A DNA stretch of 64,000 nucleotides from the human T2T-CHM13v2.0 reference genome, Homo sapiens (GCA_009914755.4 CP068257.2:20608001-20672000); one strand, 5' to 3'; positions 14,801-28,890 are shown, counted from the stretch's first letter. The notes: a model not told the origin generated them from the letters alone. A program made the numbers and translations.

Positions 14801-16668
14801 AAACTGACTCCCATTTGATAATCCTTTTTATCTCACTGAACAAAATAAAAACTTGTAGTAAAGATGAGAATTTGCATAAATAACCATTATCTTGTCTGTT
14901 CAACCTCAGATATTATATCATTTGAAAAATAATTAATGATAGGAAAGTTGAAAACAAAATGGCAGTAGTCAAATTAGTTTCTGTGGCTCCAGCATACAAC
15001 CCATTCTATTTTCTTCAGTCCACGAATGGCACCACAAACAGTTACTTTGCCTCAAGTATGGGACAATGCAGCTAATACCAAAGTCCTATTCAAAAGCCAC
15101 ACTTACAAAGTTAAAGTAAATTGAGCCTTCTATATTCAGTTCTTGTTTCCTTACGCTCTTGCTCCTGTATCTTAATGAGTGTTCTATTAATTTTGCAGTG
15201 ACTTTCTTCCTTAATGTTCATAGCTTAATAAACTCTGCCTACTGATTTAAAACCTAATCAATATTCACTAAGTGTTTGCTAATTATTTAAATAAGAGCAT
15301 GCATAATTTTGGGGAGAACTAAATCTGATGACAATTTGATGGAAATGTAGTTTATTACTGCTTTAGGACTGAGGATTTCATTCTGTGTGTGGCTCATTTG
15401 TGGGAAGAATTAATACATGTTTTATTTTAAAATGGCTAGGATTAGTAAAGAAACATCCCTGAAAAGGGGGATAACGACCTAACTTTGTGGATGTGATTTT
15501 TTGTTTGCTTATGATTTTTATAGTGAATATAGGCTCTGAAATTAAACAGAGAGATACTACAACTATGGAGTTTTTTTAACTGTTGCAATCTATGAAATGG
15601 TATCTCTCTATACTTTCTCAAATAGCCCAATACTTGAGTATTATTCATAGGGATAAGTCTTTCCTAAAATTCTCATAACAATTTAAAGGAAAACTTGAAA
15701 ATTCTTTAAATATCTGCTTAAAAATCTTCTACTCCATGGATGGGAGCAATAAATCAGAAGACAAAACTCTATAAGGTTAAGTGTTTTACAATAACTCTCT
15801 TTTTCAAATTTATTCCAGAAGTATACATTTCTTCACCAGCAAAGCTCTTTTCTAAAGGATTAGATAAAATTATAGTGTTAATTAAAAATAAATTACTTCT
15901 ACATTAAGAGGGTGATGAATTTAAATGAATAAAATAATAGCCTATCTGGAAAATTGAGATAGTTACATTCCTTTTTTATTCTTTCTCACGACTAGGGCAA
16001 CTTTCCAAAAGGGGCATGCTTTGGACTTGGGGGCAACTGAGAAGTATACATACAGATAATAAATGAAAAATAAAGCACAAAAGTTAGCTTTTTCATGGAG
16101 GATATGCTGTAACTCTGCTGTCAGTCATTTTAAAAATTGTAACAACTGGAAGAGATGTCAACTGATCAAATTTCCAAGAGCTCATACCTTACATAGGGAA
16201 CATAGTCATATTCACAGTTAATTTTAATAGTTTCAGCATCTTTGACAGCAGTGGAATGCTATCCACTTAGTTCGCAGATATAACACCATAATCCATTAAA
16301 ATAAATTGCCTGTAAAAGGAGCTAGTGTTCTTAAAGTTATGTAAGTGTTGAGAAGGAAGAAGGAAAAGGAGAAAGAAATTGTTGCAAAAAATGTACCTTA
16401 TTCATTTCTTTATTGAGATCCTCTTTTGCAAAATATAAATAGATAAAAGAAAAAATAAAAATTTTCCTGTTCACAGAATAAAATAATGCACAGAATTATC
16501 TTACATCTGTACTATGAAGTGGGCCATTAGAGACCTTCTAAAGTCTAATACAAGTAATGCAAAAGCACAAAAGGAGATTAACTTTGCAACTTGACAAATA
16601 GATGCAAGAATAAGAAAAAAATACTTAGGACAATTAACACAAAATACACATCATTACAGACATTTAGT

Positions 16669-16687
16669 CAATCATCATCATCATCAT
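16669..16687. repeat. (ATC)n microsatellite
   Basis: atcatcatcatcatcatcat seen directly. Confidence 0.8.
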
Positions 16688-16949
16688 GACCTTCCTGCAC
16701 CTTCCATCTATATTTTTATATCTACTTGGTTCCCTCATTTTGTTTTTGTAACTGATACAGTCATTTTAAAGAAGAAGTTAATTTATTCAATTGAGTCAGT
16801 GTTTGACTGAACTCACTGATTGTTTCAGAAAATGTTCTGTAAATACACACTGCCCAAATGCTGCTGCTTTGACTTATTGTCTCAGAGACTCCCATACATA
16901 TTTAAGTGGTCAAAAGAAGCATGTAGTAAATTTTTTATTTCTGACAGTG

Positions 16950-16976
16950 GCAGCTGCTGCTGCTGTTGCTGCTTCT
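16950..16976. repeat. (GCT)n imperfect microsatellite
   Basis: gcagctgctgctgctgttgctgcttc; it produces the poly-Cys/Ala ORF artefacts in the ORF track. Confidence 0.8.
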
Positions 16977-17245
16977 TGAGTCTACTTAGTTTGTCAGCCA
17001 TTTTCTTCTGTTATATTTCTTTTCCAATTCTGTGGTATTTCTTCCTTATGTGTGTTTATCTCATATGTCAGGATTTTGCTTTTATTGTCATTGCTATGTC
17101 AATACAGAATTTTGAAAAAATATTTTTATTCAGTATAATTGACATATTTTGACTTTGAAGTTTAGAATAACTAAAATATTAATGAATTTCATTTAATGAT
17201 TTATTAAATTAATATATTTAATGTGACATGTTTATATAGTTATAG

Positions 17246-17564
<319 letters not shown>

Positions 17565-18162
17565 ATTATAGTACATCTTATAACAATTTCTGTTCTAGGA
17601 TAAATTTTATGCATTTAAACTTTATCACAAAAATAATATGGAACTCATCTGACCCTAAAAGGAGTGACATAGGCAACATTACATTACATAGGCAACATAG
17701 TCATATTCGCAGTTAATTTTAATAGTTTGAGTATCTTTGAGTGAAGAGATAAGTCATCCTTACTTGTGAGAGCAATGTTGCAAACATCAAACTAGGCTCA
17801 CACTATTTTTTATGAAAGGAGATTCCATATGGGAATCAATGAAAGAGTTGAAAATAAGATTTAATTTAATTAAAAGAAACAGAAACAATACATTCTCATA
17901 CAGTCCAAAGAAGGTAAAAATAAGCATTTGTAGTTCATGTTGATAATTGACAAACTTTAAAAGTATATTCTTGACTCTTATTAGTTTTAGGTTCAATCAG
18001 GTCCCAGTTAATATTAAAGTTTTACTTAAAGATATATCAACCATATAATGCTGTTATACTTATTGTTGCCATAAATGGCCTCTCTTTTATTCAGAGACCA
18101 CACTACAATTTTGGAACTGGAGTTCAGACCCAGGGTGCTCCATGTCTCCTCTAATATTCAAA

Positions 18163-18417
18163 ATAATTTTGTAGTGGATTAAATCATTGAATTCACCGCA
18201 GATGACAGATAGGTGATAGATAGATGAAAGATAGATAGATAGATAGATGATAGATATTATTTTGTAGTGGATTAAATCTTTGAATTCATGGTAGATGATA
18301 GCTAGCTAGCTAGCTAGATAGATAGATAGATATTATTTTGTAGTGGATAAAATCATTGAATTCACAGTAGACGATAGATGATTGATAGGTAGAGAGATAG
18401 ATAGATAGATGATAGAT
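18163..18417. repeat. Three-unit minisatellite (units 93, 76 and 86 bp), each unit with a constant ~35-bp head plus a variable (GATA/TAGC)n microsatellite
   Basis: Units start at 18163, 18256 and 18332 with attattttgtagtggattaaatc[a/t]ttgaattca[c/t]… followed by GATA/GCTA/GATG tetranucleotide runs of differing length. Confidence 0.85.
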
Positions 18418-18444
18418 ATTTAAAGCATAATTATATATGCTTTA

Positions 18445-18663
18445 AAAACTCTAACAAGAATTATATACAAAAAGATAAAACGCAAAGGGCATATAGATAT
18501 TTAAAGCATAAATATGAAGTGAAAAAAGATTCAAAGCACAAAAGTTAGCTATTTCATGGAAGAAATATCTCTCCTGTCAGTCATTTTAAAAATTGTATAT
18601 GCTTTAAATATCCATATGCCCTTTGCATTTTATCTTTTTGTATATAATTCTCGTTAGAGTTTT
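18445..18663. repeat. Inverted repeat (hairpin): arms 18445-18510 and 18598-18663, loop 87 bp
   Basis: The reverse complement of 18598-18663 matches 18445-18510 with about 3 mismatches in 66 (aaaactctaac[a/g]agaattatatacaaaaagataaaa[c/t]gcaaagggcatat[a/g]gatatttaaagcata). Confidence 0.85.
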
Positions 18664-19452
18664 CAGCAAATAAAAATTGCCCAATAAATACTGTTGAACA
18701 TTTGTTCTTCATTACCTCATACCACCTGCAATGATAGGATTATTCTCATGAATATAATTAAATTATTATTGGCACATTATAAGTAGGCTTTCTTTAATGT
18801 AATTTAATTAGTGCAATCCAAATGCAGAGGAAAATTGACAAGCTAGTACAGAATTTAAAATAACAGACTATACAAAAGTATAGAGGTGTATCTGAAGCTG
18901 CTTTTGAAAGAGCTTCTTCATCTCTCTCACCAGTGAATTGCTTTAACAGCCCCTTCCTTGGCATATTTTAATCTAATCAACTCAGCAGTGCAGTTCTTGG
19001 GAACCAGTATGTCAGTGATGTGTGCCATGTTTACATTTCAGAAACATAAATAAAGATAATAAACATTGTGATTTATTTAAGTAGTCAGCAGGTACTATGA
19101 CTTGTTATTCTCTCCTAATTAAATAAAATAAATAATGAAATAGAAAATAAAATTGTTTAATCGCAGAAGCAACCAAATCATGGAGGTAGATTCATTCTCT
19201 ATTTCTGTGTAGAAATTTTTTAAAGGGTATGTTGCATAGGTTATTTTTTGAGAAAACTTTTAACCTTACACACTAGAATATTAATTTCTTATTTGAAGAA
19301 GAGAGAATGTATTTGGGATTATTTATTTATTTAACAAATTTTTTAATGCTTGCCATTTTCAGGTCCTTTGTAAGTCCCCATGTATTCAGAAATTAGTAAA
19401 ATATAAAAGATCTTTGCCATCTTGGTTCTTAAGGGTGGATGGTGATATGGTT

Positions 19453-19800
19453 TGGCTGTGTTCCCACCCAAATCTCATCTTGAATTGTAGCTCCCATAAT
19501 TCCCATGTGTTGCAGGAGGGACCTGGTGGGAGATAATTGAATCATGGTGGCGGTTCCCCCATGCTGTTCCAGTTGTAATGAATAAGTCTCATGAAATCTG
19601 ATGGTTTTATAAGGGTAAACCACTTTTGCTTGCCTCTTATTTTCTCTCTCGTCTGCCGGATATAAGACACGCCTTTTGCCTTCTGCCATGATTGTGAGGC
19701 CTCCTCAGCCACGTGGAACTGAGTCCATTAAACCTCTTTTTCTTTATAAATTACCCAGTCTCAAGTATGTCTTTATCAGCAGCATGAAGATGAGAAAGAA
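19453..19800 (+). mobile_element. THE1-type MaLR solo LTR
   Basis: tgatatggtttggctgtgttcccacccaaatctcatcttgaattgtagctcccataattcccatgtgttg…ttacccagtctcaagtatgtctttatcagcagcatgaag. Confidence 0.85.
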
Positions 19801-21959
19801 AGCAGTGGAGGTCCACTTCTTGCACCAGAAACGGTTTTTATTCTATATATTATCAAATTCTAGCAAGATTTTGTAACTTACTATGCTTATATAATTTATA
19901 TGTAAATATAAGAGGTACTGTCTTTTATGAAAGAAATAACTAGAAAATAAATTATTTTCAACATAAACTTTTAGGTTTAATTAATTTTAATAAAGAATGA
20001 AAGTATGATTATTTGTATAATATATAATTTTATCTTAAAAATAATTTATGTGTACATTTTGATCATTTAAAATTCGAGCCAACAGATATTTATAAAGCAT
20101 ATCCTAACATCAATGCTAAAGACTTATTATATGAAAAATATCATCTAACAAATATATAAAAGATACAATTGGTTAAATTAATAATTTAAATGAAGTTCTT
20201 TTGTATTATTCAGTCTCTAGACAGTTTGATTGTATGTAGCAAGCTGCAATAAAATGCTTTAAGAAACAAATTAACATTCTTCAGACAAAGCCCGTACTAA
20301 ACCTGAACATACCGAATGACTTCTAGATCTGGGAAAAGAAAATAATTACTAAATAAACAAAATTGCATTTAACACTAGGGAGCTGCTTTTTGACAAAACT
20401 TGTGATATGAAAGTAGCTATTGTTCTCTTAGTCATCAGATGTTTCAGTTGTTAATATACTTTGATTATGAAACTTAGAGAACATGGACTTTCCATATGAC
20501 TGTATTCTTCATATATTTTAATAACTTCAGTATATTGCAAAATTTGAAAACTGTATTCTTTATATTTTGTCTAGTGAAGAAGAAAGACCTAAGTTTTATT
20601 TACTGGTATATATTCAATCCAATAATATGTCATGTCAGTTAATATCTGGTATGTAAATAATTTACTTTCTTAATAATAATTCTATTTTTTGGGCTGGCTG
20701 CATTCCTATAGAGTCAACTTATTAGGTATGAATCACTATTTATATTCAACAGGATTTTTAAATGTGTTAAATAAAATTTAAAATAACTGATGGATATAAC
20801 CATAAGCATGCCATTTGAAATTTTTTGCCTTTTAATGAGTGCCCAATACTAAATTATTCGCCAGATATTCTTAAGTTTAGATTTGTAAGCTTAATAAGAA
20901 ATTATTTACCTTTGGGAGCTGTGATTCATAGAAAGATATTTAAGTAACACAATCTTTAGTACTAATACCATTAATTTCTTAAATGTCAGTTAACACCTGC
21001 ATGATATACCTTTTTTAAAGAAGACTGACTGTTGTGAATAATTTTCATGCATCAATCAAATTACATTTCCTGAGTTGCATGTGTCTTATTTGAATAAATA
21101 ATATAGAGCCCTGGGCCAAACCAGTAGCACAATTATAGTTTACATATAAACCCAAATCTGTATCCTGTTATATAGTACACACCTTTTTCTCTGGTAGTAA
21201 TTGCTAAAATCTGAAAACTAATCCTTCAGTTTTCTGCCATTCTCTGTGGGTAGTCAGATGGAAATAGCACAATATGGTTCCATCATAGGGCAGTGAATAT
21301 TGTATATTTGATCTTAAAAATAAAATAGGAAATAAAATTAGAATAATGAGTATTAACAAAAGAAAGCTAAAACTGAAGCTTTGCAAAAACTGATAAATGA
21401 AAGTACCTCTGGCAATACCATTCCATAAAATATTAAGATTTCCTGAATTGAAAATTTTCCAAATATCTTGGGTTTAAAAAATACTGAAAAGTTTGGATTT
21501 AATGTATACTTATATACTAAATGTCTAAGCATCCAGCCCTCTCCACATACTTAGTTTTCATAGCTGCTAATAGCCAGTTCTATATATTATGTTGTTAGGA
21601 TTCTATCAAGTTCAATAGGAAATTATTAAAGAAAATAAGAATTCTCCAGGGAAATGCCACTGCCCAATAAATTATAATAAAGAGTACTGCTAGCAAGCCA
21701 AAATAATGAGTCTAGAGCATTCTGTTAACAACTCAGAAACTCAAATTTAAATACAAACCAAATACAAGCATCAACACACATCTTTGAAAACCTACTACCA
21801 TGAAAGATAGAGACTAAAACAAACAAATGGAAAAAAACAACTTGAAGGGAAGGAGATTCTATTAAGACGAAGACACTTTCACAACTGAATTGTTCATATC
21901 AAAGAAGCAGGTGAAAAATTATAGTCAATGGAAAATGAAACAAAAACAATAACAGGGCA

Positions 21960-22680
21960 CTAAAACATGGATGGATTGAAAGAACAAAAAGAGATTCTGG
22001 ATACTATAATTATGGGAGCCTGCCACTCCTTAGGCGTTAATCACAGAAAAATTTACATTTCCATTCATGCAAAAATATTTATACAAATATTCATAGCAGT
22101 TCCATTTGAAACAACCAAACACTGGAACAACCCAAATGTCCTTCATGGGTAAGTGGTGACACACACTGTGGCACTTCCTTGCCTTGGAATAAAACTCATC
22201 AACAAAAAAGGAGCAATCTATGAATGCATATAACAACTTGGAATTCTCAAGAGAATTATGCTCACCAAAAAAAGCATCACAAAATGTTTCATATCATATG
22301 ACTCAATTTGTATCGTGTTCTTGAAATAACATAGAGATGGAGACAGATTAGTGGCTGGCAGAGATTAAGGATTGAAGAGGAGGAGCTGGATATGATGGAT
22401 ATGACTATAAAGTGGTAGCACAAAGAAACTCTGTGGTGATGAACAATTTGGTATCTTGATGGCGATGGTGGTTACACAATCCTACACACATGATAAAGTT
22501 GCATGAATGTACACAAACACACACATTGCTTATAAAACTAGTAAATTAGGTAAATTAGAATAAACTGTGGATTATGCATATGTCAGTGTATTGGTTTTGC
22601 TGGTGCACTATAGTTATGCAAGATGTTAGTACTAGGAGAATCCAAGTGAAGGATACATGAAACGTCTTTATATATATATA
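21960..22680 (+). mobile_element. Old L1 (L1M-like) 3'-end fragment
   Basis: Translation gives …IFIQIFIAVPFETTKHWNNPNVLHG…, equivalent to the L1 ORF2 C-terminus (…FIAALFTIAKTWKQPKCPS…), followed by 3'UTR-like sequence and a (TA)n/T-rich tail at about 22668-22690. Confidence 0.55.
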
Positions 22681-23025
22681 TTTTTTTTGAAATTTTCAAT
22701 GAATTGATTATTTCAAAATAATATTTTAGAAATATGGTAGGCTAAATTTTTAAAAATACTATTTTTGGAAATAGTAATAAAGTGTGCTTTCCAGGAAAAG
22801 TATAACAGTCATGGACAATGGGAATAATTCAGAACCAGTCCAAGATGTTCAATAACTGAATAACAACTAACTCTAATGGCAGAACAAAAAACAAATAGAG
22901 AAAGATTATTCTGAGTTACAACTGGCACAATAGTTTACATTTTCTAATCAAAAATTACTTTTCATTGCTCTCCAAAATGAATTTTGAATATAATACATAG
23001 TGCCTACTTATAAATGGCTTACTCT

Positions 23026-23657
23026 CAGTGGGAGTCAGCAAATGATGGCCTGAGAGCCAAATCTTGACAACCACCTGTTTTGGGAAGTCTGCAAAAATTA
23101 AAAAATGCTTTTAAAAAATAATTTTACTGAATAAAGACAAGGTGATGTATATATACACCATGGAATACTATGCAGCCATTAAAAAGAATGAGGTCATGTC
23201 CTTTGCAGCAACACAGATGGAACTGGAGGTTATTATCCTTAGCAAATTAATGCAGGAACAGATAACCATATACTGAATGTTCTTGCTTACAAATGGGAGC
23301 TAAGCAATGAGAATACATGGTCACAAAGAGGGGTACAACGGAGACTGAGGCCTACATGAAGGTGGAGTGTGGGAGGAGGGGAAGGATTAAAAAAATGTCC
23401 ATCAGTTACTATGCTTATTACCTGGGTGATGAAATAATCTGTACCACAAACCCCCATGACACACAGTATACCTATATAACAGGCCTGTACATATAACCCT
23501 GAACCTAAAGTAAAAGTTAAATAATAATAATTTGAAATCATTACATTATAAATGGTTATATAAATACCTACATAATATCTTCAATTTTTTTATCTGGTTA
23601 GCAAGCCTGAAATTTTTACCATCTGGCCCTTTAAGAAAAAAAATCTGCTAACCTCTC
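23026..23657. mobile_element. MER1-like non-autonomous hAT DNA transposon, split by an L1 3' fragment
   Basis: Left end cagtgggagtcagcaaatgatggcctgagagccaaatcttgacaaccacctgttttgg… and right end …ccatctggccctttaagaaaaaaaatctgctaacctc resemble the MER1 termini (CAGGGGTCGGCAAACT…GGCCAAATCTGGCCC… / …CTGGCCCTTTACAGAAAAAGTTTGCCGACCCCTG). Family name is from memory. Confidence 0.5.
23140..23545 (+). mobile_element. L1P 3'-end fragment (~400 bp) inserted inside the MER1-like element
   Basis: …caccatggaatactatgcagccattaaaaagaatgaggtcatgtcctttgcagcaacacagatggaactggaggttattatccttagcaaattaatgcaggaacag…taaccctgaacctaaagtaaaagttaaataataataa is the L1 ORF2 C-terminus plus 3'UTR and an A-rich tail. Confidence 0.7.
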
Positions 23658-23901
23658 ATCTAGAGGAATCTGAGAAACAGATCTTCTATAGAGATAAGGT
23701 TTAGATGATGCCAGAGAGTAACCTAATTATAAAAATTAAAAGTTATGTCAGGTAGGAAACATCTTCTCCATTCCGGAGAGGGACAGCTTTTTTGACATTG
23801 GTAAACAAATTAAATTGAGAAACATTCAGAAAATTCATTGTAATTTGAAAATCAAATGCATACCAGCAATAGAATTTAACAAGCCCAGAATATACCCCGA
23901 C

Positions 23902-23968
23902 ACAAAAAAACAAAAACAAAAACAAAAAAAAACCCAGAAGCCAAAAACAAACAAACAAACAAAAAACA
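23902..23968. repeat. (CAAAA)n / A-rich simple repeat
   Basis: cacaaaaaaacaaaaacaaaaacaaaaaaaaaccc…caaaaacaaacaaacaaacaaaaaac. Confidence 0.8.
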
Positions 23969-24010
23969 TGGAGTTTGGTAATTACTTTCATAGAATGAAA
24001 AGCACAGTGT

Positions 24011-24150
24011 AGGCCAGGCACGGTGGCTCAGTGATACGCCTGTAATCCCAACGCTCTGGGAGGCCCCGCGGAGTGGATTACTTGAGCCCAGGAGTTTGAG
24101 ACCAGCCTGGGCCACATGGCGAGACCCCATTTCTAATTAAAAAGAAAACA
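24011..24150 (+). mobile_element. Alu left-monomer-like fragment (FLAM/partial Alu) with A-rich tail
   Basis: ggccaggcacggtggctcagtgatacgcctgtaatcccaacgctctgggaggc…gagaccagcctgggccacatggcgagaccccatttctaattaaaaag. Confidence 0.7.
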
Positions 24151-24567
24151 AAAAGAGGAAAAGTGTAGTGTGTAATAGTTCTGAATAACTTCATTCCACA
24201 TCCACCCCCACCGAATTGGTTAATATCTATAATTAGTTTGTTTCATGGTGTCAAAGAAATTTTATATTAACCAAGAAATTCAAGAAGGTCCTCAAAAACC
24301 TCTTTTTGAGCATGTTTTAACACACCAAAAATTTTCAAAGGAGAATAATGTGTAATAGTTTATTTTATATAAGCAAAAATATTTTAAACATGTACTAATT
24401 TATTAAAGATAATGTAAAGTACAGAGAGCTAGCACATTCTTTTTGGTCAAATATGTTTTTTCTTAGCATTAATGATATGTAAAACCAGAACCACAAACAG
24501 TAACTAAACACGTTGATATTTTACCAGATGACAGTTTTACTTGTGTTAAACATTAAAAATGGAAATA

Positions 24568-24956
<389 letters not shown>

Positions 24957-27369
24957 TCAAATTTTCCAAAATCAGATGTTAAAACAGATTTTGAGATACA
25001 AACTGTTTATTAGGGATCAACAGTTATTAAAGGAAGTGGGTGGAAGCCAGATTGGGCAAAAGAAGTGCAAATGCAACAAAATCCAAATTATTATTGGCTG
25101 ATCCAGCATCACGGTTTCAAAGAAAATTTGGTATGAAATACAAAATGCATAGTCATTCCAGGTTCTATAAATATTTTTCTGAGTACATTTTTTAAATCTC
25201 AAGGAGAGATACAACTTATACCCAAAAAATAACATTTAGTATGAGAAAAATATTTTAAATATTTACTAAATCATTGACAGAATTTAAGATTCTATGAGCT
25301 TACTAATAGAATTCTTTTAGAATAATCTTTTCTCCTAGATGAGAGTAAGTAATATGCAAAAAAAATTGGACAGCTAAACAAAGCACACTGTAATTGCAAC
25401 AAACTCTTCTGATTATAAACCTTCCAATATTTTACTTTTCCAAAATCAAAGGAAAATGAGCCTGCATATTTTACCTAAATGTGTAATAATTACTACTAAA
25501 AATTGCACTATATTTAATAAGCCTGAGGAGACCATTCAGTTCAGCATTCTGTGTTAACTTGACATAAAGATCACGTATTCATTAATATTTTGCCACAATA
25601 ATCTCAAATTTCATACATGCAATTAGTAAGAAGTTTCCATTCAATACCAAGAATTGAGAGTAAAACCAGACTTTCTATAATTTTGTGTTTAATTTGTAGA
25701 TGAAATATCATACCAACATTTCAGTTAACCTTATGAACATTTTGCTTAAATCCTTCAATATTTTGTTTTGAAACATGAATATACTTTCTCTGCAATTATA
25801 AATTATTCAGTTTACAAAGGATCAATCACATTGTTGCTTTCTTTTTTTGAGGTTTTATGCTATTTTATTCTGTTCTTTCATTTGTTGTTGTTTTTTTTTT
25901 TTTTCCAAATACACATATTCACATTTCTAAAAGTCAAATGGCTCAACGAGGTTTTTACCAAAAAGTAGATTCCTTTTTTTCACTTTACTCATTTCTCCCT
26001 TCCCAGAGACACAGGGTTTCAACTTGTTCAGTACTAACTTTCTTCTAAGCTATTTTGCATTGTAAGGGAGAAAATATAATTTCTTTTTTCCTCTCATATT
26101 TTCTTAGTTGAGATATTCTCCTGAAAACTAAAGTAAGACTAACAAGAGAAAAACCAGAAGTTTATTAACAGGTGCTGTGCTCATCATGCAGGAGAGGCCT
26201 CAGTTCAAAAATATTTCTCTCTCAAGGCAGTGGCTTGGGGGCCTGGTTTAAGTAGTATTTTTTTTTAAGCCATAAATCCTATGTAATGACAAGACAAAGT
26301 AAAGTGCATCTTCAGGCTTCCAAAAGGTGAGAAAATGTTGGAAGGTAAATTTCTGGGAAAAGTGGTCTTTTCCTAGACCTGCTGGTGCTACCGTCTCTGA
26401 GCTGATAAGCAAGCATCGTAAAGAGGGAAAAGGCAGAGATGGGTGCAAAAAGACCTTTTTCTTTGTAATTTGCTGTCCTGCCATCAGGAATTTGGAGCAA
26501 GGAATAGAGCCTTCTTTATCTCAGCACTCCCTGGTATTTCAGACAGAAATATTTTGGTTTCTTTCAGCATCAAATAATGTGTAAATTTCAAATACATGTT
26601 TTTAGCTCTAATCTGGGGTGGTAGTTAGCTGGGTCTTGGGCATTATGCCCATCTTGCCAACGCTATTCATCTCTTTCCTGGATAGAATGATTTTTTTTTC
26701 TTTTCCTATTCCTCATTTAGTCCTAATTTTGGGTAAAACACTTCTAGTTACTTACTAAGGGAGGTTGCATGAGTGGTAATTTTTTGAGATTGTATTCATT
26801 TAATTAAACTCTCGTATTTGATAGACAATTGCTTGGATATTGAATTTTTGCCAAAACCTTATTTTGTTTATTTTGGATGCATTGCTCCATTAAACTATAA
26901 CAAATCACATGTCTGTAGGCTTCACTGTTCTTACCTTTAAAAAGTGTTATCTTTAAAAAGAAAATGCATAAAGAAATTATTACAAATCTATGCTAATTGT
27001 AATACAGTGTATAATGAGGTCATTTGTGATAAAAGTAGTATAAAAGAGTGATGAAACATGGCAATAGAGGAGCAAATATTTGAATATTATTGAAATTACA
27101 TTCCTATTAATCTGACTTGGATTGTTGTAAATCATGATGTTAATGAAAATGGCATACCCCTACAGGTTTAGAAAATCCAGAAAGGGTACAGCATTCATTG
27201 AAAGGATATCAAGTAATCTTTTTTGTATATTTCAAAGTGAAGTAACCAGACTGATACATCCCTAGTGATGCTCACCCTCAGAACCTGTGAGCATGTTATC
27301 TTGTTATGAAAAATAAAACTTGCAGATGTGATTAAGATTAAGGACCTTCAGGTGAGGAGATTATTCTGG

Positions 27370-27725
27370 TGATATGATTTGGCTGTGTCCCCACCCAAAT
27401 CTCAACTTGAATTGTATCTCCCAGAATTCCCACGTGTTGTGAGAGGGACCTAGGGGGAGGTAATTGATTCATGGGGGCTGGTCTTTCCTGTGCTATTCTC
27501 ATGATGATGAATAAGTCTCATGAGATCTGATGGGTTTATCGGGAGTTTCTGCTTTTGATTCTTCCTCATTTTCTCTTGCCACTCCCATGTAAGAAGTGCC
27601 TTCTGCCTCCCGCCATGATTCTGAGGCCTCCCCAGCCATGTGGAACTCTAAGTCCAATTAAACCTCTTTTTCCTCCCAGTCTCAGGTATGTCTTTATCAG
27701 CAGCGTGAAAATGAACTAATACACC
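27370..27725 (+). mobile_element. THE1-type MaLR solo LTR
   Basis: tgatatgatttggctgtgtccccacccaaatctcaacttgaattgtatctcccagaattcccacgtgttgtgagagggacc…gtatgtctttatcagcagcgtgaaaatgaactaatacac. Confidence 0.85.
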
Positions 27726-28091
27726 TGGATTAACTAGGCAGCCTAATCTAAACACTTTGACTCCTTAAAAGTGATAATCTTTCCTGAGTGAAGTAGAAGT
27801 ATGAGAATAAGGAGAGATTTCAAGTGTGAAACTGCCTCACCGTAAATGGCTTTCAAGATAGAGGAAGGAAGATGAAAGATGAGCCAAGAAATGTGGGTAG
27901 CCTCAAACAGCTGGAAACAGTCCTCACTGACAGCCAGTAAGAAAAGAAGGATTTAAGTTCAACAACTACAAGGGTCAGAATTTGGCTAATGACCTGTATG
28001 AGCAAAAGAACAATACCTACCTCAAATCCTTCAGAAAGGAAATACCTTTATTTTAGTCCTGTGAGACCTGTAAGATAATACATATGTGTAG

Positions 28092-28407
<316 letters not shown>

Positions 28408-28890
28408 CTACATGTGTGTAGTTTTAAGCTAACAAGTGTGTGATGATTTACTAAGGCATCACTACAAACCAATACATGCATTTTGAAAATAAAGATAGAA
28501 TACCTATATGAATTAACGAACTGGCATGAACAGTGGGAAGGGGTAGTGGTATCACTGCTTCATTTCCAGAGCAAATGACATAGTTTCATAATTTAAATGT
28601 GGATTACATTTAAATAGTGATGAGAGAAGTAAAGAATGTACCCCAGAAACAGTTTGAAGTTCCAAGAAAAGTGGATGAGCATTACACTTTCCCAGAATTA
28701 AAAAGCCATCAATGTGACTGGACCAGTATATTATAGTAAATGAATAATAAAGTAAATAATCATATGTTGTCAAGTTCTAAAATTCTCTGTACCTGCTCTA
28801 ATGACTTCTTTTAAGCAGATCTGTCACTATCAGTTTCCATTAAAATCCAAACAAAAAAAGAGAACAGTAATAAAATAAATATATTATATT

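Noticed and set aside
16820-17152. 110-aa ORF with poly-Cys and Cys-rich segments
   Set aside because: It is read through a (GCT)n/(TGC)n microsatellite and low-complexity T-rich sequence. No start or splice context or domain-like pattern. A six-frame artefact.
18163-18417. Regular ~85-bp tandem array considered as a CRISPR-like repeat-spacer structure
   Set aside because: The 'spacers' are GATA-type microsatellite runs, not unique sequences, and the surrounding DNA is primate (Alus). This is a eukaryotic minisatellite.
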